A stretch of 64,000 nucleotides of DNA from Calditrichia bacterium (GCA_963796965.1 CAWCNS010000007.1:1-64000), one strand, 5' to 3'. Positions 1 to 8,889 are shown, counted from the stretch's first letter. Program-made: numbers and translations. The notes: generated by a model not told the origin, from the sequence alone.

Positions 1-126
1 AATGTTGCTATATTAAATAATTACACAAATGTTTCTTACTAGATGCTAAACACAATACACTGTTCTCATGGTGCCTTTAACAAAGCCACTCAAGACATTA
101 TGTTAAAAAGTCATTAAAATATCACG

Positions 127-274
127 CTCCTTTCTTACCTTTTTACAATTCATTTTATAAAGAAAGGAGGATTCGATGGACTCTTCAAATAAATCATTAA
201 GCTTTATCGGACATACATTTTACATAGGCATTGATGTGCATCAGCGGAAGTGGACCGCACAACGCGTAGCATGA
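127..274 (+). pseudogene. 5' remnant of an IS110-family transposase fused to a truncated attC
   Basis: ATG176 after AGGAGG reads MDSSNKSLSFIGHTFYIGIDVHQRKWT.... The IGIDVH motif matches the first Asp of the IS110 RuvC-like DEDD domain. The sequence then switches into attC at ~248. An inverted repeat (127-136/160-169) covers the RBS. Confidence 0.7.
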
Positions 275-336
275 ATTCCCAGAATATTGTAGTTATTCAA
301 TTCTGTGCGCGGCCCACTTAGCACTCACCGTTAGGC
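248..336 (+). repeat. attC site 1 (5'-truncated)
   Basis: Closely similar to the attC at 3871-3974 (aagtggaccgcacaacgcgt...gtgcgcgg(c)ccacttagcac) and ends in R' GTTAGGC at 330-336. The R'' arm is missing. Confidence 0.8.
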
Positions 337-389
337 ATCCTGGTATGGTAATCCGCATTATTTTTTGAATTAAAGGAAAGTTATTGTGA

Positions 390-808
390 ATGAATAATGC
401 TTTGAAAGAAAGTAAGCGTTTAGCCAGTATGTTAGGAATCCTCCAATTATTCATAGGCCTTGGTGCTGTTGGAGGAGGTATGGGCCTCGTTTTGGAAAAC
501 AAGTCGTAGAAACTAGGGATGCCTCTCGAAATGCTCAATCATTCCCCCATTTATCAGATTTTTTGATTCCTGGAATCATTCCTTATTGTTAATGGCTTAG
601 GAAGTATTACTGGTAGTCTTTTAAGTTTCAAACTCTTTCAATACGCTGCAGAGATTGCTTTGTTTTTGGGAACTTCTTGGTTGTTTGGATCTTAATTCAG
701 GCATATTGGATTCATGCATTTCATTGGCTGCGTGCATTCTATCTCGGTTTAGGAATAATTGAGTTGGCTTTTGGCTGGCTACTTCGAAATGCTTTACGTG
801 CCTCCTAA
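390..808 (+). CDS. Cassette-borne small membrane protein (frameshifted in this assembly)
   Basis: Manual translation across frames gives MNNALKESKRLASMLGILQLFIGLGAVGGGMGLV...LGMPLEML...DFLIPGI...NGLGSI...WILIQAYW, with several hydrophobic helices. Confidence 0.6.
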
Positions 809-891
809 TGATTAAATTAACACTATGTTGAAATTCGCTGATTCATTATCTTTAGATGGTCTATTATTGATTTGTGAACAAACAGAGACAT

Positions 892-985
892 AGTTAACAT
901 TTTATTCTAAGGACATGGCTTATAGCCTGTAGCATGAATTTTAAATTGTGTTAAAATTCGCGCCTGTTATCAGTGGCCGTTAGGC
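892..985 (+). repeat. attC site 2 (degenerate or chimeric)
   Basis: AGTTAAC at 892-898 and R' GTTAGGC at 979-985. The right arm cgcgcctgttatcagtggccgtta resembles the right arm of attC5. Confidence 0.6.
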
Positions 986-1029
986 TCCAAGGCATATGCT
1001 ATCAGTAGCCTTATACATGGAGGACTGAA

Positions 1030-2836
1030 ATGTATAGTCAACAGACTGTAACATTCCGTTTGCTGAAGGTTCCCATTCGAATCTCCGCATTAATTGCAAT
1101 CGCTCTCTTAGCGAGCATGTGGGCCTGTGCCTCTCCGCAGAGCGCCAAGATTGGCGCTCCGGAACTTTTACCGGGGACGCCAATCTATGAACGCCCTTGG
1201 ACAACCGATCCGCAGAAATTCACCTTTGCGATCATCGGCGACAAGACTGGCGGTGGTATGGAACTGGCCCATCTTCGACCATACGGTGGAGGAGATCAAC
1301 CGCTTACGCCCCGACTTTGCAATCATGGTGGGAGATCTGATTCAGGGCTACACCGAGGACTCAACACAGGTCGCCGGACAGTGGGAGGAATTCCGTCAGC
1401 ATGCAACGCGGCTCGAAGTGCCGTTTTTCTACCTACCGGGCAACCACGATGTCAAGTTCCCTCAGGGAATGCACTGGTGGAAGAAACACATCGGCCGCAC
1501 GTACTACGATTTCACGTACCAGAGTTGTCACTTCCTAGTGCTAAACACCGACGAGATCTGGCAGGACATGTATGAGAAGATCCGTCCGACGGCCAGAGGC
1601 TGTTTGGCGTTGAACAGGTCCGCTTCGCCGTAAAGGCCTTGGACACACACACCGATGTGAGGCACACCTTCGTCTTTATGCACAAGCCTGTGTGGTTGGA
1701 GGACTCGGAGGAATGGCAACAGATCGAAGATGCCCTTGCCGGCCGGTCCTGCTCGGTATTCGCCGGTCACCAGCACAATCTCAAATACGAACTACGTAAC
1801 GGTGGGCGGTACATCGTCCACGGAGCCACGGGCGGTAGTCTGGATCCCAGCGATGTAAAGGAGCTCGGGCAGTTCCACCACTACACTCTCGTAACTGTGG
1901 ACGGTAATTCAGTATACTTGTGGATCGAGGAGCCGGGACACGCCTGGCCGGAAGATATTGCACCGATAGGGTTCTCTTATCGCGCCAGGCTTATAGACTC
2001 GACGGAGTATAAAATACGAACGCTTGATGATGGACGTGTTGCGGTGGATTTGGGATTCGGCCTGTATAACGCTCTGCCGAAACCGGTTGACTTTGTCATT
2101 CGTCCGGTTATCCCACCGGAATGCGCGTGGCATGCCTCGGTCGATTCTGTTGGCGTACATCTTGCCCCCGAAAGCCGTGAATGGGTGCGTGTCACCTTCA
2201 CCTGTCCGGCAGATGATCGGGCTCCTGTGCCGGCTTACACTTACTTTTCGATGTACGATGGCAAGGAGATGTATAGCCGCGGACCGATTCTGGTCAGTCC
2301 GTTTCCCGATACACTCATGCGCATCGTGTCGGATTGGCAAGTTGTCGGGCCGTTCGACATTCCACCAGTTGCCACGGAACACCTTCCAGAAGATCCTCGA
2401 CGTGGAGTTCCCGGTATGTTCGAGCCACGTGGGCCGGACGAAGGCTGGTCGGCCGGGGAAACGTACGAGGAAGCCGGAAAAACATACCGCTGGCAGACGG
2501 CGTCTGCCGATAAGCTTCGGCAAACTTAATTTCGATACGATTTTGGGTATGCGCGACAATCTTCTCGGTTATGCGGCGTGTGCTGTCTGGAGCCCGACCG
2601 AACAGCGTGTGGCAGCACGGATCCGTGCGGATAATTTTATGCGTATGTTCGTCAATCGTGAGCTCATCGGCGAGTTGTTCGCTTCGCCGTACGAATATAA
2701 CTACTTTCCGGTGCGTCTAAAGACCGGGTGGAATAGCCTCATGGTGAAACTCGCCAATAACCACGGGAACTGGTATTTACAATTCCATCTTTTTGATGGG
2801 CAGAGAAACCTGCGGTTTGCATCGCATCGACCGTGA
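1030..2836 (+). CDS. Exported calcineurin-like metallophosphoesterase with C-terminal beta-rich domain (cassette; frameshifted)
   Basis: The motifs IIGDKTG, MVGDLIQG, LPGNHD, FMHKP and FAGHQH are spread over ORFs 1030, 1127, 1639 and 2024. N-terminal hydrophobic signal; visibly GC-richer than the flanks. Confidence 0.8.
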
Positions 2837-3049
2837 TTCCAGGCGATCATAGAAGAAGGAAGCGTATTGACGTCGTTCTACACGATGGCCAGAGTTGCCG
2901 GTTCTAATGACCCAAACGCATTTGAGCAGGCGAGGCGTGGAAATCGAGCAAATCATGTCAGAGTTCCAGATACACGGGTTGCTGGCAATCTTGGCCCGTT
3001 TGAGAGAGATGAGTGGAAATGTACTGTACTTGGGGTGTAAGCGCAAAAC

Positions 3050-3165
3050 GCCTAACCATTCGCTGGAGCCGACCTCACTAATCGAGCGGTTGCGATGCAT
3101 TTGAGCCTGCTGGCGAACTGGTAAGGAGCCTGTGCCGCCAAGCGGCTCAGCTCGGACCGTTAGTA
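3050..3165 (+). repeat. attC site 3
   Basis: R'' GCCTAAC at 3050-3056 is the exact complement of the cassette start GTTAGGC. L boxes gctgGagccg/cggctcagc show an extrahelical base. R' GTTAGTA at 3159-3165. Confidence 0.9.
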
Positions 3166-3183
3166 AAACTTTACATATAGCAT

Positions 3184-3212
3184 TTGCTATGCCCTAATTT
3201 ATAGCTTATATT
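3184..3212 (+). promoter_or_regulatory. Putative sigma70 promoter of the TA cassette
   Basis: TTGCTA-17 bp-TATATT lies upstream of the GAGGAG RBS of the antitoxin. Confidence 0.5.
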
Positions 3213-3241
3213 GGTAAATGTAAACTATGAGGAGCAAAGAT

Positions 3242-3474
3242 ATGAGAGCTATTGCAAAAGATCTTAGATTTCGTTCGAAGGAAATCCTGAATCTGTAATG
3301 CAAGGTGAAGAAGTAATTATCACTTATAGAGGAAAGCCTTCAGCAAAATTGTTCCTATGAAAAAGGAAACTTTCCGTGGTTAAGCAACACAAATTATTTG
3401 GCATCTGGTCGGATCATGGCAATGTTGAGGATGTAAATAGTTATCTTAGGACTCAGAGAAGGTAGAAGACATGA
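3242..3474 (+). CDS. Phd/YefM-family antitoxin (frameshifted)
   Basis: Reads MRAIAKDLRFRSKEIL...QGEEVIITYRGKPSAK; the end overlaps the toxin ATG (ATGA). Confidence 0.75.
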
Positions 3475-3849
3475 TAATTGATACAGATGTTCTAATTTGG
3501 TATATGCGTGGGAATAAAAGGGCCTACAATGTTATAGAACGAGAACACGGTTTTTTCTTTTCAGTAATAAAGTATATTGAATTAGTTCAAGGAATGAGAA
3601 ATCAAACTGAACTTACTGAACTTAGACGGGCATTTCGTGAATGGAACACAAAGATACTTTATATTAACGAAGAGATTTCATCGAAAGCCCATGTTTTATA
3701 TCGAACGTCACTATTTGAGTCATTCTCTCCAACTTGCAGATGCTTTAATTGCCTCAACAGCATTGGTTAACGGCCTCCCAATTCTCACTGGAAATGACAA
3801 ACACTATAAAATGATCAAAGAATTAGAACTCATCAAGTTCAAACCTTGA
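3471..3849 (+). CDS. vapC: VapC-type PIN-domain toxin (frameshifted)
   Basis: PIN acidic motifs in MIIDTDVLIW...IELVQG...LADALIASTAL...LTGNDKHY. Confidence 0.85.
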
Positions 3850-3870
3850 TTCATATATAAAGTAAAGTTT

Positions 3871-3974
3871 TTCAAACAATGTGCTCAAGTGGACCGCACA
3901 ACGCGTGGCATGAATTCCCAGAATTCTGTAACTATTGGAAAATTGTGCGCGGCCACTTAGCACTGCCGTTATAT
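3871..3974 (+). repeat. attC site 4
   Basis: TTCAAAC...gtgctCaagtggaccgcaca/tgtgcgcggccacttagcac...GTTATAT forms an imperfect palindrome with an extrahelical base. Confidence 0.85.
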
Positions 3975-3994
3975 GGCAGAGATAGGGAATAAGA

Positions 3995-4627
3995 ATGAGT
4001 CAAGAAGATAAAGTATCTGTATACGAAGAATTGGCAAGTAATTATGACAATCAGGTCAGAGAATATGATACCCTACGGTCACGATGTGCTTTTCGGAATG
4101 AGTTTTGAGTTTGTTAAAGCGGATGAAAAGCTCCTTGATATCGGCATTGGAACCGGTCTGGCATCAATAAAATTTTCCCGACTTGGATTAAAAGTGTTTG
4201 GTTTCGATTCATCCCAGGAAATGTTAAATGCATGCCAATCAAAATCATTTGCCCGATTTTTTTAAACTTATATGATATAATTAGTGAACAGATACCATAC
4301 GAAGATCATTATTTTAACCACGTTATCTGTTGTGGGGCTATACATTTTGTAGGAGAATTAGAGGACCTGTTTAATGAAGTTAAGCGTGTGATGAATCCAG
4401 GGGGGATATTTTCCTTTACCATTGCTCCGCAAAATACAGAAGTATATTACATTAAGGAAGAGACAGCGTGGGGTGTACCAATATTCAAACATTCTATGAC
4501 ATATATTAAGGAGTTGCTTGGTGAGAATGGTTTTAATTTGCAGAAAGAGCAGAGGTTGTTAATCAAAGGTGCAGATCAGGTTAACTATGATATGTTGTTT
4601 TCTGCTTTAGTAGCCAAGTATAAGTAA
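3995..4627 (+). CDS. Class I SAM-dependent methyltransferase cassette (frameshifted)
   Basis: Motif I LLDIGIGTG, then FDSSQEML and RVMNPGGIFSF; spans ORFs 4044 and 4232. Confidence 0.8.
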
Positions 4628-4650
4628 GTGCTGGGAGAAAGAAAGAAGCC

Positions 4651-4750
4651 ATATAACAACGGTTTCAACTCTGACGCGAGCACGCGTCGCTTTTTTCGGA
4701 TTAGGCAAGTTTGTTAAAGTGCTCGCGCCTGTTAGCAGTGACCGTTATGT
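4651..4750 (+). repeat. attC site 5
   Basis: GCCATATAAC (4648-4657) is the exact reverse complement of the cassette start GTTATATGGC. Stem cgcgagcac/gtgctcgcg; R' GTTATGT. Confidence 0.9.
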
Positions 4751-4799
4751 GTTTTAAGTAAAAAATATGTAATAACCAGAATAAAAAAAACGATATCAA

Positions 4800-5705
4800 A
4801 TGAATATCATAGAAACTAAAAATTTAACAAAAAATTTTGGGAACACAATTGCAGTTGACAATGTTTCCATTCATGTAAAAAAAAGAGAGATTTATGGATT
4901 TCTGGGACTAAACGGAGCAGGAAAAACGACTACAATCAGATTATTACTTGGAATGATAAAACCTAAAAAGGGCTCATGTCTGTTGTTTGGAGAAAAACCC
5001 AAGCAAGCCACCGAAATTTGGAATAATATTGGATATTTAGTCGAAACACCTTATTCATATCCGAATCTTACAATTGTCGAAAATCTTGAGGTCATTTACA
5101 GAATTAGAGGGCTTAAAGACAGAAACTTAATAAATCAGATTATCGATAAATTACAACTCACCCATTATAAAAATAAAAAAGAACAATATCTATCCTTAGG
5201 GAACAAACAAAGGTTAGGCTTAGCGAAAGCGTTACTTCACAGACCAAAACTGTTAATTCTTGATGAGCCAATAAATGGATTAGATCCGGCTGGGATTGTG
5301 GAGATTAGAGAATTTCTGAAAGACATTGCAGAGAACAACAATACAACCATCTTTTTATCAAGCCATATTCTTTCTGAAATTGCAAAGATTGCAACACGCA
5401 TGGGAATTATTCATAATGGAAAATTGGTGAAAGAGATAAATACTTCCGAATTAGAAAAACAACTAATAAAGAAACTTTGTATAAATACAATTAATAATCG
5501 TAATGCCTTAAAACTAATACAAAACAAGGGATTTGATGCAAAAATAAATAAGGACTTTATTATCGAAGTATCAGATTGGGAAGCTATTAGGCATCCTGAA
5601 AATATAGCGACATTTTTAGTAAATTCTCAGCTTCCGCCCAAACTCCTGAATGTCTATGAAGAAGATTTGGAATCATATTTTTTAAGAATAATCAGGGACC
5701 AGTAA
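4800..5705 (+). CDS. ABC transporter ATP-binding protein (BcrA/LanF-like)
   Basis: Walker A GLNGAGKTT, signature LSLGNKQR, Walker B LILDEPINGLDP, H-loop LSSHIL. Confidence 0.9.
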   Translation: MNIIETKNLTKNFGNTIAVDNVSIHVKKREIYGFLGLNGAGKTTTIRLLLGMIKPKKGSCLLFGEKPKQATEIWNNIGYLVETPYSYPNLTIVENLEVIYRIRGLKDRNLINQIIDKLQLTHYKNKKEQYLSLGNKQRLGLAKALLHRPKLLILDEPINGLDPAGIVEIREFLKDIAENNNTTIFLSSHILSEIAKIATRMGIIHNGKLVKEINTSELEKQLIKKLCINTINNRNALKLIQNKGFDAKINKDFIIEVSDWEAIRHPENIATFLVNSQLPPKLLNVYEEDLESYFLRIIRDQ

Positions 5706-6493
5706 TGAGCCAACAATACCAGGCAATTCTTGCCGAAATTATCAAGAATAAACATTCCAGAATACGATGGGTTTCTTTTATTGCATTTGCCCTGGCACCT
5801 TTATTCGGCGGCGTATTTATGCTCTTAATGAAAGGTAGTGGATATGAGGGACTTTCAGGAACCTTTAAATCAAAAGCAGTAATGATGTCCTTTGAGGCAA
5901 ATTGGGATTCATTTTTAGGGCTGCTGTCGCAGGCGGTAGGTGTAGGAGGTGTATTAATATTTGGTTTTGTAGCAAGTTGGCTCTTTGGCAGGGAATACTC
6001 AGACGGAACGGCTAAGGACTTATTGGCTTTACCAATATCACGCACTAAAATATTAAATGCAAAATTTATATATTACATCGTTTGGTGTTTTGCACTAGTA
6101 ATTTCAAATCTTTTGCTTGGATTGTTGTTTGGGGCTTTACTTCAGCTGGATGGATGGAGTTTTATTGGCTTTTTAGCAAATCTCAAAGTTTATTTTGTAA
6201 CGACAATGTTAATTATTTTATTAAATACCCCTATTGCATTTTTTGGGCTTTTAGGGAGAGGCTATTTAATGCCATTAGGTATTGTAGCAGTTTTGCTTGT
6301 ATTGGCGCAAATAATAGGAGCAATGGGATTCGGTAATTATTTTCCCTGGTCGGTGCCTGGCATTTATAGTGGAGGAAGAGGTGAAGATTTAAAAATGCAA
6401 TTAAACAGTATAAGTTATATCATTTTGATTATTACCAGTATTGTTGGATACTTGAGCACAATATTTTGGTGGAAATATTCAGACCAGAAATAG
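5705..6493 (+). CDS. ABC-2 type permease (BcrB/LanE-like)
   Basis: About 6 TM helices, FGREYSDGT motif, translationally coupled to the ATPase. Confidence 0.85.
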   Translation: MSQQYQAILAEIIKNKHSRIRWVSFIAFALAPLFGGVFMLLMKGSGYEGLSGTFKSKAVMMSFEANWDSFLGLLSQAVGVGGVLIFGFVASWLFGREYSDGTAKDLLALPISRTKILNAKFIYYIVWCFALVISNLLLGLLFGALLQLDGWSFIGFLANLKVYFVTTMLIILLNTPIAFFGLLGRGYLMPLGIVAVLLVLAQIIGAMGFGNYFPWSVPGIYSGGRGEDLKMQLNSISYIILIITSIVGYLSTIFWWKYSDQK

Positions 6494-6517
6494 TTAATTG
6501 AGAATACCATATTCAAC

Positions 6518-6614
6518 ACATAACACGCAAATGTAGTTGACGGCCACACACGCTTACCTTTCGTAACCGTTTATCTCTGGTCGTGTGTCCGCAACTAATC
6601 TGTGACCGTTAGCC
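6518..6614 (+). repeat. attC site 6
   Basis: AACACATAAC (6515-6524) is the exact reverse complement of the cassette start GTTATGTGTT. Stems tagttg/caacta and acacacg/cgtgtgt; R' GTTAGCC. Confidence 0.9.
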
Positions 6615-6630
6615 CGAACATTCATGAATT

Positions 6631-7113
6631 ATGAATCAAATAACTTATAAACCAATCGGTGTTGTTCAATCGCCATTTAGACAAATCGAAGGCATGCCTA
6701 TTCAATCTTCAGCTGCCAAAGGTATTAAGGGGCAGATTGTTTTAAATGAAGAATATATTGAGGGATTATGCGATCTTGATGGTTTCTCTCACATCTATCT
6801 TCTATATCATCTCCATCTATCAAAATCATATAATTTAAAGGTCATACCTTTTTTAGATGATCAACAACGCGGTGTTTTTTCGACACGTGCACCAAAGCGA
6901 CCTAATCCTATTGGGCTATCTGTGGTAAAACTGATCAAGATCGACATGAATATCCTTGAAATTGAAAATGTCGATATAATTAATGGTACTCCTCTCCTTG
7001 ATATTAAACCATATGTTCAGGAAATGGATGGAGTGAATCAATATAAAATTGGATGGTTGTCTAAATATAAAAATGGAATGAAATTAAAAAATTCTGATAA
7101 AAGGTTTAAATAA
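6631..7113 (+). CDS. tsaA: tRNA m6t6A37 methyltransferase TrmO/TsaA-like (cassette)
   Basis: Motifs KPIGVVQSPF, RGVFSTRAPKRPNPIGLS and NGTPLLDIKPY. Confidence 0.9.
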   Translation: MNQITYKPIGVVQSPFRQIEGMPIQSSAAKGIKGQIVLNEEYIEGLCDLDGFSHIYLLYHLHLSKSYNLKVIPFLDDQQRGVFSTRAPKRPNPIGLSVVKLIKIDMNILEIENVDIINGTPLLDIKPYVQEMDGVNQYKIGWLSKYKNGMKLKNSDKRFK

Positions 7114-7127
7114 TGTTTGATCTAACA

Positions 7128-7643
7128 CATATTAAAGGTCTAAAGTCCCGCACACAGTAAAGGATCTAATGTCAAGCACAAAAAGTCCTCCTGATCGATT
7201 TCTTTCACAAAAATCGACAATTTAAGTTTAATGGATGTATCTACATCAACTGATAACGATTTTACTTAATCGGATGAACTAAACTATCAGCTGACTTTCA
7301 TTCTATTGAAATGGGCTAGGTGGACTAAACCACCTGCACTAAACACATATATTGGATCTGTTGTTCTTTGAAAATTTTGAACATGCCGTAATTTCATACG
7401 ACGCCAGAATTACATTACATACCCTGATGCTGTTCTACTCAAGAGCAAAATGGCTTCCCTGATTTTTATTAAATCGGGATCCGGTTAGGGATTGGCTACA
7501 GCAAGGGGCAGCCGGTTCATACGATCAATCGATCGTTATATTTTAAGGGGCAAGGGCTGTTTCCCCAATCAAGCGCTACGGTTTGGGTAATTGTCCGGAC
7601 TTCCCATCCAGTTAGGCACCGGGTTTGACAGCCCTGCCCAGAT
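7128..7643 (-). ncRNA. Putative bridge/seek RNA region of the IS110 element
   Basis: Stem-enclosed loop domains at 7548-7639, 7422-7507 and ~7335-7420. Their loop segments match attC-like targets or the element end junction. Folded by eye only. Confidence 0.7.
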
Positions 7644-8695
7644 TTAATTCATATTAGTTTGAACAAAACGATTTTCATCGAACACCTCTTTGTTCTTTAA
7701 CATATAATAAATGGCAATGCCGAATTTATGGCTGATGATACTCTTGGCTTTTCGTTTTCCAAAGCGAGACTGCAATTTCTGGTAATAGTCGCCGATCAGT
7801 TGTGATTTATGGGAAGCATGAATGATAATATCAGCAATGGCCCATTTGAGATAGGGATTACCGATTTTCTGGTTTCCGCCTCTGGTATGTTTCCCGGCAG
7901 AAGATCGTTCACACTTCACCAGACGAGCATAAGAGCAAAATGTTGATGAGACTCAAACCGGCTAATATCATGGACTTCATAGAGAATAATCAATGAAAAG
8001 ATATCACCGATACCTGGTACAGATTGAAGGATATTAAGAGATGCGCGGTCATGGCATTTGGCCTGGGCACGAATCTGTTGTTCTAATTGTTTGATAACCG
8101 GATCTAAGAAGTCAATCATATCTAGATCGGTTTGTGCATTAGGGTATATATCCTGATCCAAATTAGATTTAACAAGTTCGCGGCGTGATTTCAAATTCTT
8201 AACATCTTTTGGATTGACAGATAACCCCTGTTGATGAAACAGGAATTGAATATGGCGGTAGCATTCAGCGCGCAAGCGGGAAAGTCGGTGCCTCCGCCTG
8301 AGTAAATCTCTGGTACCGCGCATTTCTTTGGGATAGGCATAGGCCAGCGGATAATAGTTGGTGCGCATCAGATCAGCGATTTTGCGGCAATCAAGACGAT
8401 CTGTCTTGGTTTTACCGCCATGAATGGTTTTCATATAAAAGGCATGGCCAAGATAAAACGGAATACCTTCATCTTTACATGCGTCTGCCAGCCAGTAATA
8501 CATATAGGTGGATTCAACTCCAACGGATAGATCAGGTAGAAAAGGCTTCATCTTTTTCTTGAATTGGTTAAAGTCTGTACGCATATTACGATGGAAAAGG
8601 ATTTCACCTTTCTCATTCATGACACAGGCATACATCTCCCGAGCATGGAGATCGATGCCACACACATATTTGGAATTAATTTGAGCATAACGCAT
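7644..8695 (-). CDS. IS110-family DEDD transposase/recombinase (frameshift near 7920)
   Basis: GIDLH, VGVES and KTDRLD give the D-E-D-D tetrad; also SVPGIG, RSSAGK (conserved Ser region) and GNPYLKWA. AGGAGG RBS precedes ATG 8695. Confidence 0.92.
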
Positions 8696-8889
8696 AGTGA
8701 GGTCCTCCTTCAATGAAGTTGATGTTTAGGGTTAAACAATTATACAAATTTTTAGGAGGACCTTTTAGGTAATATCAACCGGTTGCAGCGGACGGCGATT
8801 CGCGCCGCCGCTGAACCGGAGCGTTAACCAATTATTCTTGTTTGTATTTTAAATTAAGAGTATCTATATAAATTGTAATGGAGGTTTGA

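Larger units (their letters stand above)
7128..8777 (-). mobile_element. IS110-family element (IS1111-like layout) inserted in attC
   Basis: CA dinucleotide at both junctions (7126-7127 and 8776-8777), no longer TSD, short sub-terminal IR aaaggtc/gaccttt, a DEDD transposase and a long 3' non-coding end. Confidence 0.9.
7120..8829 (+). repeat. attC site 7, interrupted by IS110
   Basis: Joining ATCTAACA (7120-7127) to accggttgcagcggacggcgattcgcgccgccgctgaaccggagcGTTAACC (8778-8829) restores a canonical short attC. Confidence 0.9.

Noticed and set aside
7509..7517. AACCGGCUG in the ncRNA matching the target bottom strand AACCGGTTG (8/9)
   Set aside because: It lies outside the repeated loop architecture, next to the unit 2 stem, so it is probably coincidental. 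Covariation analysis would settle it.
7128..7643. Group IIC-attC intron (GTGCG on the minus strand at 7149-7153)
   Set aside because: The motif is ~20 nt from the element's 3' end, there is no reverse transcriptase ORF or domain V, and the ORF is a DEDD IS110 transposase.
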